Shown here in pieces: positions 18,310 to 33,180 of a stretch of 64,000 nucleotides of DNA (positions within the stretch are counted from its first letter, which is position 1; each line of letters begins with the position of its first letter). The translations under genes and the position numbers were made by a program. Under the pieces are notes generated by a model. The model did not search any database. It was given only the letters and a program-made list of their open reading frames with translations, and was not told the DNA's origin. The stretch lies in assembly GCF_009914755.1 (NCBI RefSeq), contig NC_060934.1, one strand, 5' to 3'. The DNA comes from the human T2T-CHM13v2.0 reference genome, Homo sapiens.

Positions 18310-20275
18310 ACATGGGGATTATGAGAAAAACAGTTCAAGATAAGATTTGGGTGGGGACACAGCCAAACCACATCATTCCACCCTGGCCCCTTTCAAATCT
18401 CATGACCTCACATTTCAAAACACAATCATGCCTTCCCAACAGTCCCTCAAAGTCTTAACTCATTTCAGCATTAATCCAAACGTCCAAGTACAAAATCTCA
18501 TCTGAGACACAGCAAGTACCTTCTGCTTATGAGCCTGTGAAATCAAAAGCATTGTTACTTCCTAGATACAATGGGGGTATAGGCATTGGTAAATACACCC
18601 ATTCCAAATAAGAGAAATTAGCTAAAATGAAGGGGCTACAGGCCCCATGCATGTCTAAAATCCAGGGGGGAAGTTAAATCTTAAAGCTCCCAAATGATCT
18701 TCTTTCACTCCATATCATATCCAGGTCTCACTGATGCTAGAAGTGTGCTGCCATGGCCTTGGACAGCACTACCCTTATGGCTTTGCAGTGTATAGCCCCC
18801 TCTTGGCTGCTTTCATGGCTGGCATTGAATGCCTGTAGCTTTTCCAGGCACACACAGCAAACTGTCAGTGGATTTACCATTCTGGGGACTGGAGGACAGT
18901 GGCTCTCTTCTCACAGCTCCACTAGGCAGTGCACCAGTGGGGACTCTGTGTGGGGGCTCCCACCACACATTTCTCTTCTGTACTTCCCTAGCAGAGGTTC
19001 TCCATGAGAATTCTGCCCCTGCAGCACACCTCTGCCTGGACATCCAGGCATTTCCATACATCCTCTGAAATCTAGGCAGAGGTTCCTAAACTTCAATTAC
19101 TGTCTTCTCTACACCCGCTGGACCAACACCACATGGAAGCTGCCTAGGATTGAGAATTGCATCTTCTGAAGCGATGGCCTGAACTGTACCTTGGCCCATT
19201 TTAACCATGGCTGGAGTGGCTAGGATGCAGGGAACCAAGTCCTGAGGCTATACACAGCAGGGGGGTCCCTGGACCCAGCCCAGGAAACCATTTTTCCCTC
19301 TTAGGCCTCTGAGTGTGTGATGGGAGGGGATGCTGTGAATGTCTCTGACATGCCCAGCAGACATTTCCCCCATTGTCATGGTGAGTAACATTTGGCTCCT
19401 CATTACTTACGCAAATTTCTGCTGCCAACTGGAATTCCTCTCCAGAAAATGTTTTTTTTTTTTTTTTCTACTGCATCATCAGGCTGCAAATTTTTCAAGC
19501 TTTTATACTCTGCTTCCTTTTGAACACTTTGCTACTTAGAAATTTCTTCCACCAGGTACCCTAAGTCATCTCTCTCAAGTTCAATGTTCCACAGATATCT
19601 AGAGCAGGGGCAAAATGCTGCGTCTCTATGCATAGCAAGTGTGACCTTTACTCCAGTTCCCAACAAGTTCCTCATCTCCATCTGAGACCAACTCAGCCTG
19701 GACTTTATTGTCCATATCACTTTCAGCAGTTTGTTCAAAGCCATTCAACAAATCTCTATGAAGTTCCAAACTTTCCCACATCTTCTTGTCTTCTTCTGAG
19801 CCCTCCAAGCTGTTCCAACCTCTGCCTGTTACCCAGTTCCACAGTCACTTCCACATTTTCAGATGCCTTTACAGCAGTGCCACTCTACCTGGTATCAAAT
19901 TACTGTATTAATCCGTTCTCACACTGCTATGGGGACATACCAGATACTTGGTAATTTATAAAGTAAATAAGTTTAATTAACTCATAGTTCTGCAGGGCTG
20001 GGGAGGCCTCAGGAAACTTACAATCATGGCAGAAACATACAAGACATCCTTCTTCACAGGGTGACAGCAAAGAGAAGTGCAGAGTGAAGTAAGGGAAAAA
20101 TCCCTTATAAAACCATCAGATTTTGTGAGAACTCACTCACTATCATGAGAAGGGCATGGAAGTAACCTCCCCATGATTCAATTGTCTCCCACTGGGTCTC
20201 TCCCACTACACGTGAAGATTATGGGAACTACGGTTCAAGATGAGATTTGGGTGAGGACACAGCAAAACCATATCA
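18310..20275 (-). mobile_element. THE1 element: intact 5' LTR (19904-20275), internal region (18376-19903), truncated 3' LTR
   Basis: Both LTR starts read 'tgat(a/g)tggttt(t/g)gct' on the minus strand; THE1-internal sequence between them. Confidence 0.92.
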
Positions 20276-20729
20276 CCCTCTAAGAATTTATTTATCTAAG
20301 AATGGGGATACATTGTTGGCAAGTTTTCAATCTATAACCTATAAATATCTGCTAATTTTCGCATTGACAGCTTCTCATATTCGTCTCTCAAGATGGTGGA
20401 CAAGGATGAGAAACATAGGTATGCTTTTGTACTCATGGGCCTCACAATTGGACAGGTTGGAGAGACAAAATGTACACATAAAAACACAATTATTTCCCAA
20501 CATTTCTGATTAAAACTGTGAAAAGGAAACATGTGGTGCTATTAAACGGAGGTGCTACAACTAGAGAACAGATCTTAAGATTTATAGTAAACTAGACTTT
20601 AAAACTCACTGCAGACACTCACAAATCACAAAATACACAAAATGTATTTTAGTTCATAGAGCGTATAGTAATTGTGTTATATGTACAGTCTAATTTAGTA
20701 TATCATTTGAGTATTAAAATGATAAACTA

Positions 20730-21033
20730 GGCCAGGTGCGGCGGCTCACGCCTGTAATCCCAGCACTTCGGGAGGCCGAGGTGTGTGGATCACCTGAGGT
20801 CAAGAGTTCGTGACCAGCCTGGCCAACATGGTGAAACTCCGTCTCTACTACAAATACAAAAAAATTAGTCTGGCATCGTGGCGGGCACCTGTAATCCAAG
20901 CTACTTGGGAGGCTGAGGTAGGAGAATTGCTAGAACTCTGGGGCGGGAGGTTGCAGTGAGCTGAGATCACACCACTACACTCCAGCCTGGGTGACAGAGT
21001 GAGACTCCATCTCAAAAAAAAAAAAGAAAAAAA
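20730..21033 (+). mobile_element. AluS (Sx/Sq-like)
   Basis: GGCC start, both arms, poly-A. Confidence 0.95.
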
Positions 21034-22182
21034 CTTAATTTTATTAGGATTTTGAACAAGGGGTAAAAGTAGACATATATCAGTAGGAAGTTACATAAAT
21101 TAAAGCTGTCTTTTAAACAAAAAGTCTTCCTAATTTTTGGTAAGAACGTTATTAAAATATGTATATTTTAAAAATGTGTGGGATTCTAAAGGCCCTGTCA
21201 GCATATTTTCACGAAAACTTTCTTCTCGAATATTACAGTGCCATGGATGACATCAGAGTTACTTCAAGAGTTTAGGTATTAATATCCTAAAGTTTACAGT
21301 TGATGAGGATGTAAGCACTGTACCAAACTAGATGCAAAGTTGTGTTTTTCCATCACTCTGGAAGTGAGGAGAAAGAGGAGGAAAAATTAACTAACATCAA
21401 TGTGCTTCACATGAGCTAAGTGTGTCATTCTCCATCAAGCCCAAACAATAATCCAGCAAAATAGTTCTTCTTATTCCTATATGATTACAAGGTTTAAAGA
21501 GGTTAATTAACTGCTGTACAATATAATTTTTATGAGTTAAACAAAAACAACAACACTAGTGACATCAGTCAATAATTTTCATATACTCTAGAGTGCCCAA
21601 ACCTAACGGCACTCAGGAAGAACATGATTTATGACATCTATTATAAAGGAATCAATTTTTTTTGGTTCATGATTTAGGTATCTTTCTAAATATGATTGGG
21701 GGTAGTATGTAACTTATTTAAATATTATGTGGTTTCCAAAATATGTAACAAATGATATCAGCTTTGTGATGTCCTTTTATCTGCTAAATTTGAAATGTGT
21801 AAAATTCAATAATTATGAGTATGGATATTTACTCATATCTGTATTAACATGAATAACACATGGCAGACAAATCCTGCATTGGTGATGCTCACATTAGATT
21901 TTTAAAATAAAAATGTGATATAATTCTACAGAGTAATAAGGCGAGAATAATTAATATAGCAGAATGAATGTAAATTTACACCAAGAAAATAGAATAATAA
22001 GATTTCAATTATTTTCTTCATTATTCAGCACATTTTCTACTTTTGATTTCTATTCTTACAGTGTGTGTTAAACACAATATGTTTCGACTTAGTTATCATG
22101 AGAATATAATTAATTACTACAGAAGGTAATTGCATACCTGTATGAAGGATGTTTCAAACTTGAAAACTTAGGGAATTTCAGT

Positions 22183-23640
<1,458 letters not shown>

Positions 23641-24011
23641 ATATAATGGACTAAAATAATTAGGTCCTTAGTATCAGGGGAAATCTTGATTTAGTCATTT
23701 TTCTTAAACACATAATTATCAAGAAATTACTTACTCAGGCTCACATTGTTTCCTTCATAATTTCTTCATAGTTATAGCAATCACATTGTAGCAGGGAATA
23801 CCAAACTTATTATTATCATTAAAAACAAATATTAAGTAATTTGTTTTCAAGAACACAAATATTTTACCCCGACATGGTTTCCAAAATTCTTTTTCCCAAA
23901 GTCTTTGAGGCAACTACTCTGACTGATTTTGTAACAGTGCAATTCACAAAATCTCCCAAGTATGATTTAACATCAGGAATTACTATAAAGGAATTACTAT
24001 AAAGTGGTTTG

Positions 24012-24012
24012 G

Positions 24013-24044
<32 letters not shown>

Positions 24045-24074
24045 ATACATATACACACACAAAATATATATATA
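24012..24074. repeat. (TG)n/(TA)n microsatellite
   Basis: Direct reading. Confidence 0.9.
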
Positions 24075-24787
24075 CGTTTTGCAGGCATGTGACTTAGTCA
24101 TATTTTAGTGAATTTAACTGGATGTCAAGGTATCCTTAAAGGACAAAAGAGAAAGAAAAAAAAAAAAACAGCAGGCGGAACTCTTCATGTAACCACTGAG
24201 AAAGTCCTGTGCTTTTTTTACTTCTTCCTCCCTCTTCCCTGTTTTTAACACCTGGAATGACCAATATGTTTTGACAACATGTTGGCAAGTTCCTTATGCA
24301 GTTTGACACTTAATATAAGGTGTTTGTATAGTTCAGTTTCTACAGATAGGATATTGACACAGCTATTTAAGATTGTAAAAAATACTTGCTTTAGGGCTAT
24401 TTACCACTAAATGTTTTGGGAAATGTGCTTTTCAAAGGTAAACGTAACTCGACCCTTAAAGGTATGAAATAACACATTCCTTGTAAAATTTATTTATTTA
24501 AACACAGTTGTTAAGTTTATGAAGTTGACATTTGGCACACCGTCAGACTTTCCTAATACAAAAAATTCATGTAGCCAAAGGAACTTAGAGATGAACCTTA
24601 TCTGAGCTAGTAATTAGTGACCCTATATTCTATGCCTTAAATTCTTAACACTGTCTTCACAATCTACAAGATTAAGCAGGATCCAACTTAGGTTTCCCTC
24701 TCCATCCTCCTGAAAAAAAAATGGCCTTGGTTTTTGAAACTTACTGTTCTTCCTCATACTTCAGGGCCTGATTCTTTTGTTACGTGA

Positions 24788-25242
<455 letters not shown>

Positions 25243-25617
25243 TTACTTGATTGACTTTTTAACTTTTATCCTTTCAAGTTTGAAATACCAAGGCTTGGAA
25301 CCATGACAGTTTTCCCTTATGCTTAATCTAGCATCTCTTATATAATAGAATCTCTTTAAATAATATTCAATGCACAAACATATAGTAAATCTTGAGGAAT
25401 TTTTATTGTGTTTGGATCTCAAGGGCACAGATTTGAGTTAAATATTACCTATAGTTTATGAAACATTATCATTGATGGATCTTCAAGGCATATTTGTTTA
25501 TTCATTTCTTTCTCTTCTTTTATTCTCATACCTGTTTTTCCTATCTCTCTTTGCCACCAATGGCAATCTTTTTAATACATTTAAGGAGTATCTTTTAACT
25601 AGACCATTTATGGTACA

Positions 25618-25965
25618 TTGTATTATAGTTTAGCAAATATCCCCTCCCCTTTCTTCTACTTCCTATTCTGATTTTTTGGGCTAGGCCATGTGACTTGCTT
25701 TGGTCAACAGACATGAAGAACTGTGACACGGGAGCAGTCTTTACATGTCATCATGTGGTTAGGCAAGTTCTCTTAGGATTCTATTCTCACTATGTGAAAA
25801 GCAGGCCTGGTTAGCCATGCGTCCCTGCAGAAGGAGATATGTGGAACAGACATGAGCCCAGACAAGGTCAGCCAACTCCTAGCTGCCTCACAGACCCATA
25901 AATAAAAATATTGATCTTTGCTATTGCAGAACAGTGAGATTTTGGTGTTGTTTACTAAGAATTGT
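25618..25965 (+). mobile_element. Old MaLR LTR (MLT1-like)
   Basis: 'ggccatgtgacttgctttggtcaa' and an MLT1-type 3' end. Confidence 0.6.
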
Positions 25966-26694
25966 TTTTGTAGGAAAAACTGTAGAAGCTTCTGTGTGCT
26001 TAAAAAAAAAACTTTATATAATGGTATTGCTTTCTTTTTCTATTTTCATTGAGCACTCAGTTCTTACACTTCATTCTTTTTGCTATGTGTTAATCAAATC
26101 CTGCTGCACCAGAAGTTCACAGGGTACTTCACACTAACTAATGATCACAGTTGTATAGGAATCTCTGGTATATGTTAGAAAGTTCATAATATGACATACA
26201 ATGTTCCTGACAGTGGCATTGTCTTGAATGCTTTTAAATTATTTGACTCTGTAGTAAAGATGGCTTGAGGTTGGAGAGAGGATGGGGTGGCAGGCTCTCC
26301 ATTACCATGGTGAGTGGAACAGCCAGGTGTGAAGCCAAACAAGCTGTAGCATTTAGCCACAATGGTAGTGTAGTCAAAGGGAAACTTCAAAACAGAATAC
26401 TTGGGTCCAGTCCTTAGATTATAAACACACCCCGAGAAAAGATCAAGCAGGGAAAAAATTGTCATGGTCATGTTTCAGAGGCATAGCACCTTCCTGACTC
26501 CCTACTACCTTATGCTACCCACTTCTTCTCTACAACTTATGCTCAGGTTCCTGGACCTCTGACCTTTACAGGATTTTCCAGAATGCAGGGGAAAAGCACA
26601 AAGAGAAGGAAGCAGATCACAAAATATAAATATGGATGACAGATCTCATAGACTTAAACCATAAAAAAGGTCAGAGTAAACATAAAAAAAAGAT

Positions 26695-27800
26695 AGTTAA
26701 TATATATTATTTACTATGTAGTAGGCACCAACTGTTCCACATAAATGACATCATTTCAACATCACAGCAACCCTATAAAGTATTTCTTTTGTTTTTAGAA
26801 CACATGAAATATATTCTTTAAACAAATTTTTAAGTGTATCACACAGTATTGTTAACTACAGTCACAATTTTGGAAAGCAGATCCTTAGAACAATACCAGA
26901 AAAACAAACAACAAATAACTCAATTAAGAAATGGGTAAAGGATTTGAATAACTTTTTCAAAAAAAAACAACAACATACACACTCGACATACAAATGGCCA
27001 ACAGTACATAAAAATGTGCTCAACATCATTAGTCATAATGGAAATAAAGTCAAAACTACAATCAGATATCGCCTCATGCTTTGTAGGATGGCTTTTATTT
27101 AAAACAAATTTTTTTAAAGTTAGCAAGAATGTGAAGAAATTGCTACACTTGTGCATTGTTGGTGGAAATGTAAAATGGCACTGTCAATATGAGAAACAGT
27201 ATGGGGTTTCCTCAAAAAAATTACTAATGTAACTACCATATGATCCAGTAGTTCCACTTTTGGGAATTTATTCAAAATATTTGAAATCAGGATCTTTAAG
27301 AGATATCTATCTGTACTCCCATGTGTACTGAAGCATTATTCAGAGTATCCAAGATGTGGAAACAGACTAAATGTTCATTGATGGATGAGTGGATAAAGAA
27401 AATGTGGTATATGCATACAAGTGAACATTACTCAGCTTTAAAAAGAAGGAAGTACTGCCATTTGTAACAATGTGAACGAATCTTGAGGACATTATGGTAA
27501 GTGAACTAAGCCAGTCATAGGACCAATACCGCATGATTGCATTTACATGAGATATCTAAAATAGTCGTCAAACTCAAGAAGCAGAGGTGGTTGTCAGGGG
27601 CTAAGGGAAAGGGGAAATAGGGAGTAGCTGTTCAAGGGTTATAAAGTTTTAATTGTGCTATTTTTGTTCTCATTTTCCAGATGCCAGAACTGAGGGTTAC
27701 AGTAAATTAAGTGACTTGACCAAGGCCACAGGGCTAGTCAGTGGGAGTTTTTGAAGTTGAAACCAGACATTCTTGCTCCTGAGCCCACACTTTTGAAACC
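26695..27800 (+). mobile_element. MIR split by an L1MA insertion
   Basis: MIR 5' half 26695-26785; MIR core and 3' half 27660-27800. Confidence 0.7.
26786..27658. mobile_element. L1MA fragment with 5' inversion
   Basis: Extreme 3' end on the minus strand (26786-26891) joined to an upstream L1 segment on the plus strand (26892-27658; ORF 27014..27232 is ORF2-like). Confidence 0.8.
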
Positions 27801-29649
27801 ACTTAAAATTTTATTGAGCTGATAAACTATATAAATTTGCATATGAGGGGCCATCATACACCAGACACAATTCATACAAAGAAAAGAATATCTAAATATA
27901 TACTAGTAAAAAACTTTAATATAAAAATGGAGATTTTTTTAAGCAGATAAAGCTAAAATATCTAAAAATGAAGAAAAATTAATTTGGCTTCACACTTTAT
28001 AATTTATTAAATAATAAAAACATAGCGAAACATCATCTATATAGCTTTAAAGGGAAAAACTTTTGACCCAAGACTCTAGTAGTCTTTCAAGTTTTCTAAG
28101 TATAAGCAAAAAAAAAGTGTCATATAAGAACTTACAAAGTGTATATCCTCAATAAATTGAATACATAAATAAACTAAGAGATGCAGCAAATGCAGAGCTT
28201 AAGAGTGGATGGGTCAGAATATAAAAGGAGTGTTGCACGTCATACATAGGTTTAAATATGGAAAATATAAATGGCTGTTTAAAAATGCCTAGGAAATATA
28301 ATTAAGGCACCATAAATTATTTTTAAATAAAATGTATGTGACTAATTCTTCAAAGAAAATATAATGAAAATAAACTTACAGAGTTAAAAACAAAAAGGTG
28401 AGTCATAAATAAATGTCATGTCCCCAGATGCCTCAGACACATGAAAATTAAAAGAGTAAGAAGGCAGCATCAGGAGACCAGAGGCCAATTTACCATGAAG
28501 GCCGCCCATGGGTTCCTAATCAACAGAACTATGGTCCTTCATTTAAATTTCATTGTCCTTACCCTGTCTGCAAAGTTTTTCACCATTCATTTCCTTCTCT
28601 CCATTGAAAACTTCTTTTCACCTGTACCACATTACTAGCAGGTTTCCCTTCCATCTTGTCAGTCTTTAATTTCTCTGGCTCTTTCCACTAATCAGTCCTT
28701 GACATATCCCCAAATTCTGAGAGTCTATTTCCAGGTTTTTCTCTTATCTAATTATGTTTTCATTCTTAGAGAATGGATTTACTTTCAGAGTTTGAACCTC
28801 AACTCAGGTAACTCCTGTGTTCACGTTTCTTTTTTAAGCTCTTAGTCTGATATTTTCTGCCCGATCCATCCCAGGCTCTTTAAATGCAACCACATCATCC
28901 CCGCGTCAGATCAAAGCAATCAAAGCAGCTGCGGCAACTCAATACCTATCATCTAGGGTCCTTCTCACGGAGTTGCTGATCTGTGTGAAGGCAACCTTAG
29001 CCTCACACTGCCATCTGCCTCTAGCCTCCCCTCAGCATTAGGTTTCATGTACTCCTTGGTTTGATAACTGGGCAACAGATAAGGTTTCTGCCAGCCCCAT
29101 GGTACAGCTCCTTCAGCCTCCATCCTCCACACCTGAGGCCGAGGGGATGGGGGAGGGTGTGGGTGCCAATTTTTCTCATTCTATAGATAGTTGCACTCAG
29201 ATGTTTTGAAATCATTTAAAATTTAATTTGTCCTAAAAGTGACCTCAGGCTGTGACACAGTCTCTAGGCTATGTTAGGTCTGTGTTTGATTGTAGGGCTA
29301 CGGTCCAAACATAGCCACCATGCAAGAAAATGAACGAATTGCAAAGAGGACAAAGATAAGACCAGGAATTATGAGTGGCTTAATTTAGAGGGTGTTAAGG
29401 CCAAGAATCCAGGTCATGAGAAGCCAAGATACCCTTTCAGAGGGTCTGTTTCCATTTCCCCTGGCAAGACACTCAGAATAAAGAATATCATTTAAGCCAT
29501 AAGGGAGGTCTGTGGGCCAGTCCCAGAGAAAGTCTATTATATTTCACTCAATTTTCTTGGAAATCTGTCTTGTTTAAAGTATGTTGGGACCCAGGTCCTG
29601 TGAGGTATATTCTTATTCCCCACTCCCGAAATATGTGAATTATTGATAC

Positions 29650-30044
29650 TGTTAAAAGAAAAGCTTTAGACAAATTTAAGAGTTTAATTGAGAAAAGAAA
29701 AAAAACATGATTTCCAAATCAGCCCCTAGAATCAAAGAAAATTCGGAGAGACTTTGGCACTGTCACAAGGTCAAACATCTATGGGAAAAAAATGTGATGT
29801 GCAAAAACTAAAACTGAGATACAGAAACAGCTGGATTGGTTACAGCTCAGCATTTGCCTTATTTAAACAAAGTTTAAACAGTTGGCCGCCTATGAGTGGT
29901 TAAAGTATACCTACTGGAATTGGCTAAGACTAAGCTGTCATTACAGGGAAACATACTACTAAAGTTAGGCTTTTAGTCTGTTTACCTGCTAAGTATCTGA
30001 GTATGGACATTTTCCAGGCTAGATTTTAGTTTTATTTAGTAACA
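29650..30044 (-). mobile_element. MER57-like ERV1 solo LTR
   Basis: TG...CA ends; 'ctggattggttacagctcagcatttgccttattt' matches recalled MER57. Confidence 0.8.
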
Positions 30045-31279
30045 CATTATGGGATCTGAAGGACACTTTTTTAAAGGTTGAAACAAACAAATTTTACGCA
30101 CATTTCCATTTATAACAAAAGAAAAATGCCCCTTTAGCTCTGGTAAGTATGACAATTTCTAAATTAAAAGAGCATTATTTACATCTGAATTGTTAATTCT
30201 AATATTAATTTCAAGTATTATTAATAATATAATCATTTTTCACTAAGCCTTCCCTTTTATACCCGTTTACACTTTCAAATCTAATTATATTCCACTGTTG
30301 TTTTAAAGATCAAGCCCCAACTGTTTCATGGTGTACCTTCTTTCTAATTAAGTATTTGAGACAAATGGGAGTCAGGCTGGGACTATAGCATGTCAATTTT
30401 CACAAGCTGACATTCACAGTAAAAGTAGTTCTTGATTATTTCCCTAACAGCTTTGATGTTAAGGGGAAAAAAAGCAACAACAACACTGAGCTGTGTATAT
30501 TCCCTCCTCATGCTCCTGGGTGAGAAATCATAGTTAGTAGCTGCTGATCTTAAAAATCAGAGTCTCTGCTACATTGTTAGCAATAATCTAAATCAATACA
30601 GACTAACAACACAAGCCAGTATGTGGTGAGTCATGAAAAATAAATCAGTAGTGATATCAATTGAAAATGATACCAAAAAACTATATTATCTGGAAGGAAA
30701 AATACAATTTTATAACACTCTTGGTCCTGAATAGTTTTGACTATGGCACACAAAGCAAGCAAGCAGCGAATTACATGACTGTTACTTTCTTTCTACTGTT
30801 AGCACCCTCCGCTAATAGATTGTAACAGAATGACTGTTTGGAGGGTTAAGCATTGGGAAATGTCCATAATTACATAGCATGTTTGGTAACATCGTGACAT
30901 TTTAATAAAACACAGATATACATTATAGAAAAGAAGATCTAGCCATCTTTTTACACTCTCTAGAGATCAATAAATGTACCCTTGAATGACAGATGGGTGT
31001 TGAAACCCCTTTGCAAATAATTCCTCAGGTAGCTCTTCTAAGCTCTGAAACGCTACAATAGTTCTCAAAATCTCAACAGAGGGAAATAAAATACTTCACA
31101 GTTGTAATGATTTTCTCTTTATATATATACTTTCTGAAAAAGTATAGTGAGAATACTAAGTATTTGGGAACTGATTTTAAAGTCCATAACTATTAAAAAT
31201 TGCAAGAATTTTTATGGAGCATATTTATTTCATAAATCAGTATTAAAGCCTGAAAAAAGAAGTCTTAAAAGTCTACATA

Positions 31280-31400
31280 ATTCTCACAATGTTATATATA
31301 TGTTATATATATATATGTTCTATATATGTTTTATATATGTTATATATATAAAGAACATATTTCTCACAATGTTATATATATATGTTATATACATATATAT
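31280..31400. repeat. TA-rich repeat with duplicated 'ttctcacaatgttatatatatg'
   Basis: Direct reading. Confidence 0.85.
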
Positions 31401-31429
31401 AAAAGAAAGTTGGTCAAAATTGTTCATAT

Positions 31430-33180
31430 TGAGAGGTGACAACATGCTGGTGGCCCTCACTTGCTCTCAGCGCCTCCTCGGACTCGGCGTCCACTCTGGC
31501 CACACTTGAGGAGCCCCTTCAGCCCACCGCTGCACTGTGGGAGCCCCTCTCTGGGCTGGCTGAGGCTGGAGATGGCTCCCCCTGCTTGCAGGGAGGTGTG
31601 GAGGGAGAGGTGCAGGTGGGAACTGGGGCTGTGCATGGTGCTTGTGGGCCAGCACGAGTTCCAGGTGGGTGTGGGCTTGGCGGGCCCCACACTCCGAGCG
31701 GCCGTCTGGCGCCACCGGCCCTGGGCAGTGAGGGGTTTAGCACCCGGGCCGGCAGCTGCAGAGGGTGCACTGAGTCCCCCAGCACTGCCCGCCCGCCCAC
31801 GCTGCACTCGAATTCTCGCCAGGCCTCAGCCACCTCCCCACGGGGCAGGGCTTGGGACCTGCAGCCCGCCATGGCCGAACCCCCCCCACCCCCGTGGGCT
31901 CCCGCGCAGCCCGAGTCTCCCCAACAGGGTGCTGCCCCCTGCTCCATGGCGCCCGGTCCCATCAACTGCCCAAGGGCTGAGGAGAGCGGGCGCGCGGTGC
32001 GGGACTGGCAGGCAGCTCTGCCTGCAGCCCCGGCGTGGGATCCACTAGCCAAAGCCAGCTGGGCTCCTGAGTCTGGTGGGGACTTGGAGAACTTTTATGT
32101 CTAGCTGGAGGATTGTACATGCACCAATCAGCACTCTGTGTCTAGCTTGGGGTTCGTGGATGCACCAATCAGCACTCTGTATCTAGTTAATCTGGTGGGG
32201 ACTTGGAGAACTTTTATGTCTAGCTAAAGGATTGTAAATGCACCAGTCAGTGCTCTGTGTCTAGCTCAAGTTTGTAAATGCACCAATCAGCACCCTGTGT
32301 CTAGCTCAAGGTTTGTAAACCCACCAATCAGTGCTCTGTGTCTAGCTCATCTAGTGGGGACTTGGAGAACTTTTGTGTCTAGCTAAAGGACTGTAAATGC
32401 ACCAATCAGCACTCTGTGTATAGCTCAAGGTTTGCAAACACACCAGTCGGCACTCTGTGTCTAGCTCAAGGTTTGTAAACGCACCAATCAGTGCTCTGTG
32501 TCTAGTTAATCTAGTGGGGACTTGGAGAACTTTTATGTCTAGCTAGAGGATTGTAAATACCCCAATCAGCACTCTGTGTCTAGCTCAGGGATTATAAATG
32601 CACCAATCAGCACCCTGTCAAAACAGACCAATCAGCTCTCTGTAAAATGGACCAATCAGCTCTCTGTAAAATGGGCCAATCAGCATGATGTGGGTGGGGT
32701 CAGATAAGGGAATAAAAGCAGGCTGCCCAAGCCAGCAGCCGCAACCCGCTCGGGTCCCCTTCCACCCTGTGGAAGCGTTGTTCTTTTGCTCTTTGCAATA
32801 AATCTTGCTGCTGCTTACTGTTTGGGTCCATACTGCCTTTATGAGCTGTAACACTTGCTGCGAAGGTCTGCAGCTTCACTCCTGAGGCCAGCGAGACCAT
32901 GAACCCACTGGGAGGAATGAGCAACTCTGGACGGGAGGAAGGAACAACTCCAGACGTGCTGCCTTAAGAGCTGTAACACTCACTGCAAAGGTCTGCAGTT
33001 TCACTGTTGAAGCCAGCAAGACCACGAACCCACCAGAAGGAAGAAACTCCAAACACGTCTGAACATCAGAAGGAACAAACTCTGGACACACCATCTTTAA
33101 GAACTGTAACACTCAGTGCGACAGTCTGCGGCTTCCTTCTTGAAGTCGGTGAGACCAAGAACCCACCAGTTTCGGAGACA
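31430..33180 (+). mobile_element. LTR12 (ERV9) solo LTR, 1751 bp, LTR12C/E-like; antisense to PCDH15
   Basis: 'tgagaggtgac...ttcggagaca', 4-bp TSD atat (31426-31429, 33181-33184), CpG-rich U3, tandem CCAAT repeats, U5 repeats. Confidence 0.96.
32060..32720 (+). promoter_or_regulatory. LTR12 U3 enhancer/promoter: about 11 CCAAT (NF-Y) boxes, GATA site, AATAAA TATA-like box
   Basis: Repeated 'caccaatcagcac'; 'cagataagggaataaaagc' at 32701-32719. Confidence 0.75.

Noticed and set aside
23975-24004. 14-bp tandem repeat aggaattactataa x2
   Set aside because: Common slippage microduplication.
31436-32104. Several long overlapping ORFs (up to 222 aa) on both strands
   Set aside because: All lie in the GC-rich U3 of LTR12, where stop codons are scarce; no recognisable protein.
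32060-32690. Regularly spaced ~40-bp repeats resembling a CRISPR array
   Set aside because: These are LTR12 enhancer tandem repeats with no unique spacers, in a human intron with no cas genes.
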